This document shows positions 22,188-31,635 of a stretch of 64,000 nt of DNA, piece after piece. The notes under the pieces were generated by a model. That model was not told the DNA's origin, ran no database searches, and saw only the letters and a program-made list of their open reading frames with translations. The position numbers were made by a program, and so were the translations under genes. Source of the stretch: Abditibacteriaceae bacterium. Lineage in GTDB: Bacteria; Armatimonadota; Abditibacteriia; Abditibacteriales; Abditibacteriaceae. The stretch lies in contig OZ255721.1 in NCBI GenBank assembly GCA_965277285.1, positions 1,760,001 through 1,824,000 on the forward strand, in the 5' to 3' direction. Numbering within the stretch: the stretch's first letter is position 1; each line of letters starts with the position of its first letter.

Positions 22188-23297
22188 TTACTTTGCCGCG
22201 ACATTTAGCACAAACGGCGCCGTGATGATGCGGCCTTGGTGCTGGAATTGTCCCCAGATTTTATACAATCCCGCAGCCGGAAAAACCGTGTGAAAAATCA
22301 CGTCTGGCCCACCGGTTTGCGCGTTTCCCGTACTCGAATCGGCGCGCTTGTGATTGTCCATGCCGCCCATGTCGGCCATCGAGCTATCGCCCATCGAACT
22401 TATGTCGCCGCCGCTTTCGTCCATCGGGTGCGTGTGCAGATAAATCTTGGTGTCCGCCGACAAAATCACTGCATGACCCATCGCGCCCAAATACGGCTGC
22501 AAATCGGTAACGGGCTGGTCGATGCCGTTGCGGATGCGAAAGTGCAACATCACAGGTTGTTCGGCGACAAGTGCTGGCGTCGCCATCATTCCGACATGAT
22601 AAACGTCGCCGCCCACCGCGTCCGGCTGGCTTTCCGGTTTCGAGACGATGCGCTTGGTCATCCAACCGTTTACAGCCACCTCAGGCACCAATTTGATGGG
22701 TTTGACTGCCACGCCTTCGACATTGAACTCGTGTTGCGCAACTTCCTGGACACCGCGCATCGGCGTGTAATCGGCGTAGGCTTTGAAGGTTCCGCCGTGC
22801 GGCAAAGTCTGCGACGTGATGAACAAACCATCGCCGCGAAAATCGGGATGAACGTGGTTGAAATACGACAAATCTTTCGAGACCACGATCAAGTGCATCA
22901 GTTTTTCGTGGACGTATTTGAACTCATCGACCCAGTTATTATTTTTGGCCTCTTTGCCGACCTGCCAGATATTCATCGTCCAGACCGCTTCCTGGTCGAC
23001 CTGCACTGGTTCGGGCTGCGTGCGAAACTCCATCCACGTCGTATGCAGATGCTGTCCCAGCGCCACGCGCGCATCGTTGTTTTGCTTCTTCGTTTCCTGT
23101 TGCGCCGCTTTGGAAGTCTGGGTTTCCTCGCTTTCGCTGCGCGCGGGGCTTTGCGCGATTTTGTCCGCGACAGCTTTGCCCGCAATCGCTTCGGTCGCCA
23201 ATCGCGTCACGCCTTTGCAACCCGCCAGAAAAAGCATTGCACTTACGGCTGCACCAAATTTGTAAACGTTCTTTTTCGTCATTCGACAAACCTTCAT
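22188..23297 (-). CDS. His-rich putative metal-binding lipoprotein
   Basis: LAGC lipobox; HEKLMHL...HVHP and PYLGAMGH...HTHP; lies in a copper operon. Confidence 0.7.
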   Translation of the reverse strand: MKVCRMTKKNVYKFGAAVSAMLFLAGCKGVTRLATEAIAGKAVADKIAQSPARSESEETQTSKAAQQETKKQNNDARVALGQHLHTTWMEFRTQPEPVQVDQEAVWTMNIWQVGKEAKNNNWVDEFKYVHEKLMHLIVVSKDLSYFNHVHPDFRGDGLFITSQTLPHGGTFKAYADYTPMRGVQEVAQHEFNVEGVAVKPIKLVPEVAVNGWMTKRIVSKPESQPDAVGGDVYHVGMMATPALVAEQPVMLHFRIRNGIDQPVTDLQPYLGAMGHAVILSADTKIYLHTHPMDESGGDISSMGDSSMADMGGMDNHKRADSSTGNAQTGGPDVIFHTVFPAAGLYKIWGQFQHQGRIITAPFVLNVAAK

Positions 23298-23317
23298 GAT
23301 GAACCTCTCGCAGAATC

Positions 23318-23398
23318 CGTTCAACGAACCCAAGGGTCAGCGCGCGGCTGAAATGACTGTTACGTAAGCCGCGCGCTGACACTTGGGTTCGTTGAACG
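23318..23398. repeat. REPIN family A-related palindrome
   Basis: CGTTCAACGAACCCAAG... paired with ...CTTGGGTTCGTTGAACG. Confidence 0.75.
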
Positions 23399-23466
23399 AC
23401 AATTTGTGGCAACTCTGAGTTATGAGCAAAATACAGGGACTCTGCCTGACTATTCGAGTACTCGAT

Positions 23467-23826
23467 TCAGCGCAAAAACCGTTTCAACGCCGTTTGCACT
23501 TCGGCCAAAAGTTCCTCAGAAGTCATCGGTTTGGCGCATTCGTGTTCCGTTTTCGTCCCGTGACCGATGACGCACGATTCCAGATGACGTGTCAAAATTT
23601 CAACGCCCAGAGCATCCAACGCCGAACGCGCCGCCGCGATCTGGTTGAGAATGTCAACACAATAACGCTCATCCTCGATCATACGACCGATGCCCGCGAC
23701 TTGTCCCGCCACGCGATTGACGCGCGCTGTCAACGGCGCGTGACGCACTTTCCCGCTTTGTTCAGCCATTGAGATGTTGTCCTGCGACGATGACTTCGCC
23801 GACTTTTTCACTGTCTTTCCGCTCAT
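23467..23826 (-). CDS. csoR: CsoR/RcnR-family metal-sensing repressor
   Basis: RVAGQVAGI, RYCVDIL, HLESC. Start set at ATG 23826 from the promoter position. Confidence 0.85.
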   Translation of the reverse strand: MSGKTVKKSAKSSSQDNISMAEQSGKVRHAPLTARVNRVAGQVAGIGRMIEDERYCVDILNQIAAARSALDALGVEILTRHLESCVIGHGTKTEHECAKPMTSEELLAEVQTALKRFLR

Positions 23827-23833
23827 TTCTCGA

Positions 23834-23862
23834 ATCATACTCCCGTACAGTATATGCGTCAA
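23834..23862 (-). promoter_or_regulatory. Sigma70 promoter with overlapping CsoR-type operator
   Basis: TTGACG-N17-TATGAT on the minus strand; ATAC-TGTACGGGA-GTAT pseudo-palindrome at 23837-23853. Confidence 0.7.
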
Positions 23863-23969
23863 AAAGCTGATTGAGTACTCGATACTTGGTGTATGGAATT
23901 TGGTACACCTGCCATCGAGTTGCGGCCATTTTGTAGCGGGAAAAGGGTGCGCGTGATAGCCTTTAGCTG

Positions 23970-24722
23970 ATGAGAATTCTTTCGCGCATGGTGATGATTT
24001 TGGCTTTGCTGGCGGGCTTAGCGTATGGCTCGTATGTGGTGGGCAATCGCGTCGTCAGCAAGAAAATGTTTGGCGACCTGGTGAAGCCGCGCGGTGGCAG
24101 CGGCCTGTCGGTTTCGGGCAAGTCGCAAGTCAGCAAAGCGCCTGACAACGGTCAGGGCGTGCAAGTGCAAGTATTGCCAGCGCAAAACGATGCGTCCGGC
24201 AGCGATAACTCCGGCAGCGATAACTCCAGCAGCGACAACACGACGTTTTCCCAATTGCAGCGCGCCACAGCGGGACGCGGCAACAGAACACGCACGCCCA
24301 GCGGCGACAAATTGGTGCGCGCTGATGCTCTTCCCACGCCGGACACGAACTTGAACGGCGATGATTCTGATAATGGCGACAATGCCGCGATTGGCAACTC
24401 TTCTGGCGATTCTTCTCAAACGCACCGTCGTCGCCATCGCCGTCATCGCTATTCCGACGGCAGCGACAACAATTACGGCACCAGCCGCCGCCATCGCCGC
24501 CGTTCGAGTTCCAGCGGCGACACAGCGCGTTCGAGCGACAATTCCAGCAGCGATTCGGGCAGCAGTTCCGGCGATACTTCGTCTGGCGACACGCCGCGTT
24601 CCGAACGTTCCAGCAGTCATCAATCCGAATCGCGCTCTTCTTCGCATTCCGACCGCAGCGATTCGCCGGTGCCACGCTCCGAAAGCAGCGGCGATTCGCC
24701 CGTTCCACAACCCGAACAGTAA
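23970..24722 (+). CDS. Hypothetical membrane-anchored Ser/Asp/Arg-rich protein
   Basis: N-terminal hydrophobic segment followed by a low-complexity tail. Confidence 0.65.
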   Translation: MRILSRMVMILALLAGLAYGSYVVGNRVVSKKMFGDLVKPRGGSGLSVSGKSQVSKAPDNGQGVQVQVLPAQNDASGSDNSGSDNSSSDNTTFSQLQRATAGRGNRTRTPSGDKLVRADALPTPDTNLNGDDSDNGDNAAIGNSSGDSSQTHRRRHRRHRYSDGSDNNYGTSRRHRRRSSSSGDTARSSDNSSSDSGSSSGDTSSGDTPRSERSSSHQSESRSSSHSDRSDSPVPRSESSGDSPVPQPEQ

Positions 24723-24803
24723 CCAAAATGACGCGTGACAGGTGACGAATCGAGTACTCGATACTTGTCTTTCGTCATTTATTACTCGTCATTTGTCACT
24801 TTT

Positions 24804-27101
24804 ATGAATCTTCTCGAAGGCTTGAACGAGCCGCAGCAACAAGCCGTGATGCACAGCGAAGGGCCGTTGCTTATCTTCGCCGGTGCTGGAAGCGGAAAAA
24901 CCCGAACCCTGACGCATCGTATCGCGCACCTGATTCAAACGCACAACGTTCCACCGGCGCGCATTTTGGCCGTGACATTCACCAACAAAGCCGCCAAGGA
25001 AATGCGCGCGCGTTTGGATGCGCTGGTTGGCGCCTCGTCGCATCGCATCTGGATGGGAACCTTTCACGCGATGTGCGCGCAAATGCTGCGCATCAACGGC
25101 GGTCTGATCGGCATTGATCCGCGCTTTGTCATCTTCGACAGCGACGATTCCGCTCGCTTGATGCGCCAGATTCTCAAAGAAGCCGACGTTGATTCCGAAC
25201 GTTTCGCGCCCAATCGCGTGCTCGCCAAAATCTCCGACGCCAAGAACAAATTGCAAACGCCCGACGAGTTCGCCGTCGCCGTGGTAACGCCCAATGATCG
25301 CGTGATCGCGCGTTTATATAAGAATTATCAGGAACGTTTGCGCGCCAATGGTGCGCTCGATTTCGATGATCTTTTGGGCGAATGCGTGCGCCTTTTGCGC
25401 GACAGCCGCGAAGCGCACGATTACTGGAGCGACCGTTTTCTTCATGTCCTGATCGACGAATTTCAAGATGTGAACGCGGCGCAGTTCAAATGGGCGCAAC
25501 TTTTGGCGCAAAAACATCGCAACATTTGCGTTGTCGGCGACGATGATCAAAGCATCTATGCTTGGCGAGGCGCCAATGTCCGCATCATTTTGGATTTTGA
25601 ATTGGATTATCCCGATGCGCGCGTAATACGCCTGGAGCAGAATTATCGCTCGACGCAGCCGATTTTGGACGCAGCGCATGGCGTCATTTCCAAGAATCTG
25701 GGGCGCAAGCCGAAACGATTGTGGACAAGTCTGGCGGGCGGCGAAAAAATCACGGTTCATGGCACCGCCAACGCGCAGGAAGAAGCGTCCTGGGTGGTGC
25801 GACAAATTCAACTTTTGCAGCGCGAACGCAAAGGTTCATCCGGCGATTTCGCGCTTTTGTGTCGCGTCAATGCGCAAAGTCGGCCTTTTGAAGAAGCGTT
25901 TATGCGCGCGCGCGTGCCGTTGCGCTTGGTCGGCACACAACGCTTTTACGACCGCAAGGAAATCAAGGATTTGATTTCTTACCTGAAAATGCTCTACAAC
26001 CCGCGCGATGACCTTTCGCTTTCGCGCATCATCAACGTTCCCGCGCGCGCCATTGGCGATGCGACAGTCGAAAAACTGCAAATCGTGGCCGAACAAAACG
26101 ACGTTTCACTGTTGGAAACGGTTCTCGATGCGCAATCGAGTACTCGATTGGGGCGCGTTGTGGAAAACAAAATCGCGCCGTTTCGCGGCTTGATGCAAGC
26201 CCTGCAAAATGACGCAATCGAAACCAAAAGCGTCGCCGATTTGCTGAGTCTGGTGATCGAGCGCACCGAATATCTGGAGCATTTGCGCCGCGATAAAACG
26301 CTCGACAGCGTTGACCGACTGGCCAACGTGCAAGAACTTTTGCGCGCCGCGGAAGACTTCGACAAGCGGATGCACGAAGATTCGCTGTTGCCGCCACAAG
26401 AAGACACCGGCGAATTTGGCGACGCATCAACCAACGAAAACCGCTCGCCGTTGGGCTTGTTTCTCGAATCGTCGGCGTTGGAAGGCGGACAAGACGCGGG
26501 CGCAACGGGCGAAGCCGTGACGTTGATGACGTTGCATTCCGCTAAAGGTCTGGAGTTTCCGATTGTGTTTCTGGTCGGCATGGAACAGGGACTTTTGCCG
26601 CACGCGCGCGCTTTGTGGGGCGAAGGCGCCGACGGCGACGAACTCGAAGAAGAACGACGACTTTGCTACGTTGGCCTGACGCGCGCGCGCGAAAAACTAA
26701 TTCTCACTTTTGCCGCGCAACGCACCTTGCACGGACGCACTGAAACCACAACGCCGTCGCAGTTTTTGGACGAGATCCCTAACCAACTTCTGGAACGCAC
26801 GGGCTACGGTTCTTCGGGCGTCGCACGCCGTTCTTCCACTGATTGGGATTCGCCGTCGTCGCGCGCGACATCGAGTACTCGAAACGCGTTTGTGCCAGCC
26901 TCTTCATCGCGTTCAACTTCGGAAAGCGCGCCCAAGTTTTCTATCGGCGACCGCGTGAAACACCCGACGTTTGGCGAAGGTTTGGTGGTCGCAACTTCGC
27001 CAGGCGGCGGCATGGGCGAATGGGTCGAAGTCGCATTTCTCAGCAGCGAAGTCGGCAAGAAGAAACTGGTCATTGCTTTTGCACCAATTGAGAAAGTGTA
27101 A
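24804..27101 (+). CDS. pcrA: ATP-dependent DNA helicase PcrA/UvrD
   Basis: AGAGSGKT, DEFQD, VGDDDQSIY, NYRS, HSAKGLEF, EERRLCYV; C-terminal Tudor-like domain. Confidence 0.95.
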   Translation: MNLLEGLNEPQQQAVMHSEGPLLIFAGAGSGKTRTLTHRIAHLIQTHNVPPARILAVTFTNKAAKEMRARLDALVGASSHRIWMGTFHAMCAQMLRINGGLIGIDPRFVIFDSDDSARLMRQILKEADVDSERFAPNRVLAKISDAKNKLQTPDEFAVAVVTPNDRVIARLYKNYQERLRANGALDFDDLLGECVRLLRDSREAHDYWSDRFLHVLIDEFQDVNAAQFKWAQLLAQKHRNICVVGDDDQSIYAWRGANVRIILDFELDYPDARVIRLEQNYRSTQPILDAAHGVISKNLGRKPKRLWTSLAGGEKITVHGTANAQEEASWVVRQIQLLQRERKGSSGDFALLCRVNAQSRPFEEAFMRARVPLRLVGTQRFYDRKEIKDLISYLKMLYNPRDDLSLSRIINVPARAIGDATVEKLQIVAEQNDVSLLETVLDAQSSTRLGRVVENKIAPFRGLMQALQNDAIETKSVADLLSLVIERTEYLEHLRRDKTLDSVDRLANVQELLRAAEDFDKRMHEDSLLPPQEDTGEFGDASTNENRSPLGLFLESSALEGGQDAGATGEAVTLMTLHSAKGLEFPIVFLVGMEQGLLPHARALWGEGADGDELEEERRLCYVGLTRAREKLILTFAAQRTLHGRTETTTPSQFLDEIPNQLLERTGYGSSGVARRSSTDWDSPSSRATSSTRNAFVPASSSRSTSESAPKFSIGDRVKHPTFGEGLVVATSPGGGMGEWVEVAFLSSEVGKKKLVIAFAPIEKV

Positions 27102-27107
27102 ATACGT

Positions 27108-27136
27108 AGTAGGGGCGCATTGCAATGCGCCCCTAC
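27108..27136. repeat. GTAG-type REP, family C (GTAGGGGCGCATTGCAATGCGCCCCTAC)
   Basis: Perfect palindrome; further copies near 27418-27445 and 27676-27701 around and inside the RAYT, and a variant near 36325-36351. Confidence 0.85.
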
Positions 27137-27147
27137 AAGCCCACAAC

Positions 27148-27672
27148 ATGAATCAACATCGTCGTTCAATTCGCCTGGCGAGTTACGATTATCGTGCAGG
27201 CGGCGCTTATTTCATCACGATTTGTGCGCATGAGAAACGTCATGTCTTCGGTTGCGTGCATGAAGGCGAAACGAAAGCGAATGTTTATGGGGAGATTATG
27301 GCTGAAGAATGGTTGCGCACGGCGGAATTGCGCACGAACGTGATGTTGGATGAATGGATTGTCATGCCCAATCATTTCCATGCGATTGTGATTATTACGC
27401 ATCAAGTTGATGCTGATGTAGGGGCGCATTGCAATGCGCCCCTACGACGCGCGCCACAATCATTGTCATCTCTTGTGTCTGGATTTAAAGGCTCGGTCAA
27501 CCGTCACATCAACACTTACCGAACAGAACACAATCTTCCTCTCGTCAAAGTCTGGCAGCGCAACTATTTCGAGCGCATTATCCGCGATGAAAAAGAACTG
27601 CATGACACGCGCCGTTATATTCTCGAAAATCCGATAAATTGGCTGAGCGACGAGAACTTTGCTCCATCGTAG
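27148..27672 (+). CDS. REP-associated tyrosine transposase (RAYT, Y1 HUH family)
   Basis: RRSIRL..YDY, YFITIC, MPNHFH (HUH), WQRNY and YILENP; flanked by REPs. Confidence 0.88.
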   Translation: MNQHRRSIRLASYDYRAGGAYFITICAHEKRHVFGCVHEGETKANVYGEIMAEEWLRTAELRTNVMLDEWIVMPNHFHAIVIITHQVDADVGAHCNAPLRRAPQSLSSLVSGFKGSVNRHINTYRTEHNLPLVKVWQRNYFERIIRDEKELHDTRRYILENPINWLSDENFAPS

Positions 27673-27703
27673 AATGTAGGGCGCATTGCAATGCGCCCTA
27701 CAT

Positions 27704-29236
27704 TCACCCTTCGCGCCGCTCCAACCATGAATGCCGCGCACGAATTTGCGCTTCCTGTTCGGCTGAAACCATGTGGATGAACGACAAGTAACCGCGTGCA
27801 TAACTCAAAGCGTCTTGCCCGATTTTTTCGGTCATCGCTTCACGGCCACGCAGTTCGTATTGATGCAAAAACGCGCGAAAGTTGCGGATGTCGCGGCGCG
27901 AAACGCGCGGTTTGCCACCGTCCGAGTTCTGCGCATTGACGACCAAGCCGGTCACGGTCTGGCGGCCTTTGGTGCGCAAAATCGCCGTTTTTTCGCCGTT
28001 GATTTCAAACTTCTCATCGTTAATGATTGTCGTTGCCAAGTCGCGCATGGCGCGCGCGTCGCACTTTTCGGCTTTCGATGAAAACACCAAGTCGTCGGCG
28101 TAGCGCGTGTAAACAAAACCCAATTTTTGCGCCGCGCCTTCCAGACGCTTATCGAGGACTCGACACAAGATGTTGGTAATCGCCGGGCTGGTACAAGCAC
28201 CCTGCGGCAAGAAACGCTCAGTCACGGCAACAAAATGTTTTTGTCCGTCCAACGTCAGTTCGACGCGCGGCGCTTCGGTTGAAATCAAAGCGAAAATCGT
28301 CGATACACCTTCGTTAAATCCCAAGTTTTGGAACATCCATTTGACGCGCTTGAAGGTGATCGATGGGAAAAAATCCTTGAAGTCGAGGCGCACGATGACG
28401 TTCGCGCCGGCGTGAATCTGCGCGTTGTGCGCGATATTCAACTTGGGGCGAAACGCCATCGCCGCGTCGTGAACCGGAACTTTGGTCAGAACATTTTCCA
28501 GCAGCCAACTTTGCGCGCGTCTCAGCTTCGCTTTAGGCGACGAGATTTTACGCGTGCCGCCGCTTTTCTTAGGAATCGTGAAATGCTGATAATGATCGAG
28601 CGGCGCCGCAGCGCGATGATAGGTCAGCCATGCCAACTGCGAAGTTTCGATTTCCAACGCAGCCGCGACTTCTTCCGCACTTTTCAAGACGGGCAAATCG
28701 AGTACTCGAAGACGCTCGTCATCGCCGCCTTCATATTTCAAACCAGCAGAAACACCGCGCCCCAAATGCGGCAAGGTTTGGCTTCGCCACGCTTTATCTT
28801 TTTCGGCGTTCTCGATTTTTTCCTGCGCGCGACGAATCTTGCGCTCGGCGCGTTCGGCCTTGACGCGCTCGATGCGCCTGATGCGGATTTGCGCGATCAA
28901 TTCTTCGATTTGCTTGGCCAGAATCGCTTCGTTGCCGACGTTGCGCAAGTTTTTCTGCGCTTCGCGGACGCGCACATCAATCGAATCGAGTTGCTCCAAC
29001 AGCGGCGCGCGCAGCTCGATCAACTGGTTGTATAAACTTTCCAGTTCGACTTCTTCGTTTTTGGTGACGTGCTTATATTTGGAGCCGGGCGCCGGTGGCC
29101 AGAAACCCAAGCGCTTCAATTCCTTGCGGATAAAGCCTTTGCGCCCGCCATATAGCTTGACTTGCGCGCGCCAATCTTTGGGAAACAAGTCGTTTTCCGG
29201 CACATTGTTCGGCGTGGAAATAGTTTGATCGGCCAT
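27704..29236 (-). CDS. Retron-type reverse transcriptase with a long N-terminal extension
   Basis: IPKKSGGTRKI, NAQIH (retron NAxxH), DFKDFFPSI, LPQGACTSP, YADD, VTGLVVN (retron VTG). Confidence 0.93.
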   Translation of the reverse strand: MADQTISTPNNVPENDLFPKDWRAQVKLYGGRKGFIRKELKRLGFWPPAPGSKYKHVTKNEEVELESLYNQLIELRAPLLEQLDSIDVRVREAQKNLRNVGNEAILAKQIEELIAQIRIRRIERVKAERAERKIRRAQEKIENAEKDKAWRSQTLPHLGRGVSAGLKYEGGDDERLRVLDLPVLKSAEEVAAALEIETSQLAWLTYHRAAAPLDHYQHFTIPKKSGGTRKISSPKAKLRRAQSWLLENVLTKVPVHDAAMAFRPKLNIAHNAQIHAGANVIVRLDFKDFFPSITFKRVKWMFQNLGFNEGVSTIFALISTEAPRVELTLDGQKHFVAVTERFLPQGACTSPAITNILCRVLDKRLEGAAQKLGFVYTRYADDLVFSSKAEKCDARAMRDLATTIINDEKFEINGEKTAILRTKGRQTVTGLVVNAQNSDGGKPRVSRRDIRNFRAFLHQYELRGREAMTEKIGQDALSYARGYLSFIHMVSAEQEAQIRARHSWLERREG

Positions 29237-29324
29237 GAGATTTTGAAGTTGTCTTTATGAAAATTGAACCGCCAAGACGCTAAGACACAGAGAAAGAAAA
29301 TGAGAATCGAGGACTCGAAAGTCA

Positions 29325-29444
29325 GAGTTTGTCATTCTGAGCGCAGCGTTGGGCGCCCGTTAGAAGAGCGTTTGGACGCTTTTCGCTGGGCTGTAGAATC
29401 TGGCGTGATGTTAGATTCTTTGCTGCGCTCAGAATGACAAACTC
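29325..29444. repeat. REPIN family B
   Basis: GAGTTTGTCATTCTGAGCGCAGC ... GCTGCGCTCAGAATGACAAACTC. Confidence 0.85.
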
Positions 29445-29469
29445 GAACGCTTGTGAGGAATTAAAGAGG

Positions 29470-31494
29470 TTATCGAGTACTCGATGTCGCCAGTTTTGGC
29501 ACGTCTTTGCCGTCCAAAATCGCTTTGAATTCTTTTTCCGTCAAAACTGGGACGCCCAATTCTTTGGCCTTAGCCAGCTTCGATCCAGCGCGTTCGCCCA
29601 CGACCAAGAAATTGGTGTTTTTAGAAACGCTTCCGGCTGCGGTTCCTCCGCCCTGCTCGATCACTTTTTCAGCTTGCTCGCGCGTGAACAACGTTAAAGC
29701 GCCGGTAAAAACCCACGTCTGGTCTTTGAACCTGTCAGCGGAAACGTTCGCGCCGCCCGAAGTGGCGGCCACAACGCTCGCCGCCAAAATGTGCGCGCAC
29801 GGCCCCAGACGCAATTTGTTCTGGCGATAAAAGCCGCACGTACATTGCGCAAACGTCGCGCGACCATCAGCATCCAGGCCAACTGTCGGCGAAAAGGTGC
29901 CGCCTTCGGTTTTGATGTCGGCCTCAAACAAGCGCACACCACTTGTCATAAAGCGTTCGAGAAATTCGCTCGCCTCGCCTTCTTTCACTTCGCGCACTTT
30001 GACTTTGCCTTCATGCACCAGGCGCGAAGCATGGCGCGTGCGGGTATCGCTTTCGTCTTGCGGCGCGGGAAAGGGCAGCAATTGGCGGCAACGAAAAACG
30101 CCATTGGTAAAGTCGTACATTGCACGACCTTCGCGGCAAAGTTGCTGCAACGCCGCCGTTGCGACTTCGCGCTTCAATTGCGTCGAATCGGCGGCTTCTT
30201 CGGGCGTCAGCATGCGCCACTCTTCGAGTACTCGAAAGACTTTTTCCGCGTCGCCTTCGCTGACGGGAGCCGGAGCCGCCATCACATCGAAGCGCGCAGC
30301 TTTCGACCAATCGTTTTGCGTCCAGCCCGACAAGCCCAGATCGAAACGATGACCGTCCATTTCGATGCTCCAATACGACGGCATTCCGCTGCCCAGCAAT
30401 TTCACTTTGACGCTTGTCGCGTGCGGCAGCAATTGCTCGAAGAAGAACAAGCGGCGCCGTCCCCAGATGCGGATTTCCTGTGCTTCGGTTCCGTTCCACA
30501 CGCAGTTCGCTTCCTGCAGAACGACGCCCCAAGGCTCGATTTCAACGCTTGGCTTTTGTCCCGGCGTCAGCTTGAAACGCAGTGAACGCGGTCCTTTGCG
30601 TTCGCGCTGCTGGCGCAATTGCAGCAATAAATCGGCGACAAGCCCGGGCGACAATTCGACTTCGACGCCAGGCAGCGACGAGGCGGATTGAACCTGCAAA
30701 AAGCCACGAACCCACGTCGGAGGAAGGTCAATTTTCTTCTCGAACTGCGCACCCGCCGATGTCTGCATTGAAACGCCGCCCGGCTCGACCTGAATCCACG
30801 ACGGGCGATAGCTTCGCACACGCTTGAACTCGTCCGCCAAGCGAATCGAAAAATCGACGTTCGTCGTACCGTATTGAATGTCGCCGAAAGTTTCCAGCTT
30901 TTCCATCGGAACCGTCACGCGCCCATAACTCGATTCATCGAAGGAAAACACTTCAAAAATCACGCAATCGGGATGAACTGACACGACAGGATCGCAAGGC
31001 CGCAACGCGCCCAGGGCTTCGGCGCCATATTTGTGAACCAGAGGCGTGTAAAGGTCGCGGCGCATCTGCCAGAAGTTCGGCTCCCACCACGCGTAACGCT
31101 CGATTTCCACCAGGCGATTGATGATCGGTTTGCATTCCGCCGTCATCTCGTCGCGCTGCTTCAACAATTCGTTCAGTTCACCTTTCAATCGCGTCGCGTC
31201 GGCTTTGTCCTTCTCGAATTTCTCTTGCAGCTTCTGGATTTCCGGCCCGGCGTCTTCCCAATAACGCGCTTGAACCCATTGCTGATAAGCCGTGTGATCT
31301 TTGGGCGCAAATCGCAAGTCGCTGGTCACGACGTTGTGCAAAGCCAGCATCGCGCGCGCATAACCCAGGCTGTCGCCGACAACTGCCTGGAGAGAAACCG
31401 GAGGCCGAGAAGATTCGCCGCTCATGGCGAAGTGCGTTCCACGGTCATCGGTCGTCGCTACGCTGGGGCGCGCGTAAGAAAGTGTCATTTCCAT
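29470..31494 (-). CDS. Retron-associated SWIM zinc-finger protein with C-terminal BRCT domain
   Basis: CTC...GPCAH SWIM motif; VFTGAL...GSVSKNTNFLVVG..AGSKLAKAKELGV ligase-type BRCT. Confidence 0.85.
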   Translation of the reverse strand: MEMTLSYARPSVATTDDRGTHFAMSGESSRPPVSLQAVVGDSLGYARAMLALHNVVTSDLRFAPKDHTAYQQWVQARYWEDAGPEIQKLQEKFEKDKADATRLKGELNELLKQRDEMTAECKPIINRLVEIERYAWWEPNFWQMRRDLYTPLVHKYGAEALGALRPCDPVVSVHPDCVIFEVFSFDESSYGRVTVPMEKLETFGDIQYGTTNVDFSIRLADEFKRVRSYRPSWIQVEPGGVSMQTSAGAQFEKKIDLPPTWVRGFLQVQSASSLPGVEVELSPGLVADLLLQLRQQRERKGPRSLRFKLTPGQKPSVEIEPWGVVLQEANCVWNGTEAQEIRIWGRRRLFFFEQLLPHATSVKVKLLGSGMPSYWSIEMDGHRFDLGLSGWTQNDWSKAARFDVMAAPAPVSEGDAEKVFRVLEEWRMLTPEEAADSTQLKREVATAALQQLCREGRAMYDFTNGVFRCRQLLPFPAPQDESDTRTRHASRLVHEGKVKVREVKEGEASEFLERFMTSGVRLFEADIKTEGGTFSPTVGLDADGRATFAQCTCGFYRQNKLRLGPCAHILAASVVAATSGGANVSADRFKDQTWVFTGALTLFTREQAEKVIEQGGGTAAGSVSKNTNFLVVGERAGSKLAKAKELGVPVLTEKEFKAILDGKDVPKLATSSTR

Positions 31495-31512
31495 GAGGGT
31501 TCCTTGTTCCGG

Positions 31513-31635
31513 GTCAGCGATTGAAATCGCGTCAGGAGAGCCTTTGGCTGACTGTCCGCCTGCGCGGACACGGAGTTTGTCTGCGCAGGCGGACAGTCAG
31601 CCAAAGGCTCTCCTGACGCGATTTCAATCGCTGAC
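31513..31635. repeat. 53-bp perfect inverted repeat
   Basis: 31513-31565 is the exact reverse complement of 31583-31635. Confidence 0.9.

Noticed and set aside
27704..29236. Group II intron or DGR reverse transcriptase
   Set aside because: Retron NAxxH and VTG motifs are present; I saw no maturase or endonuclease domain and no TR/VR pair differing at adenines.
29237..29469. msr/msd directly upstream of the RT
   Set aside because: The inverted repeat here is a family B REPIN that also occurs at 1081 and 58172, so it is not retron-specific.
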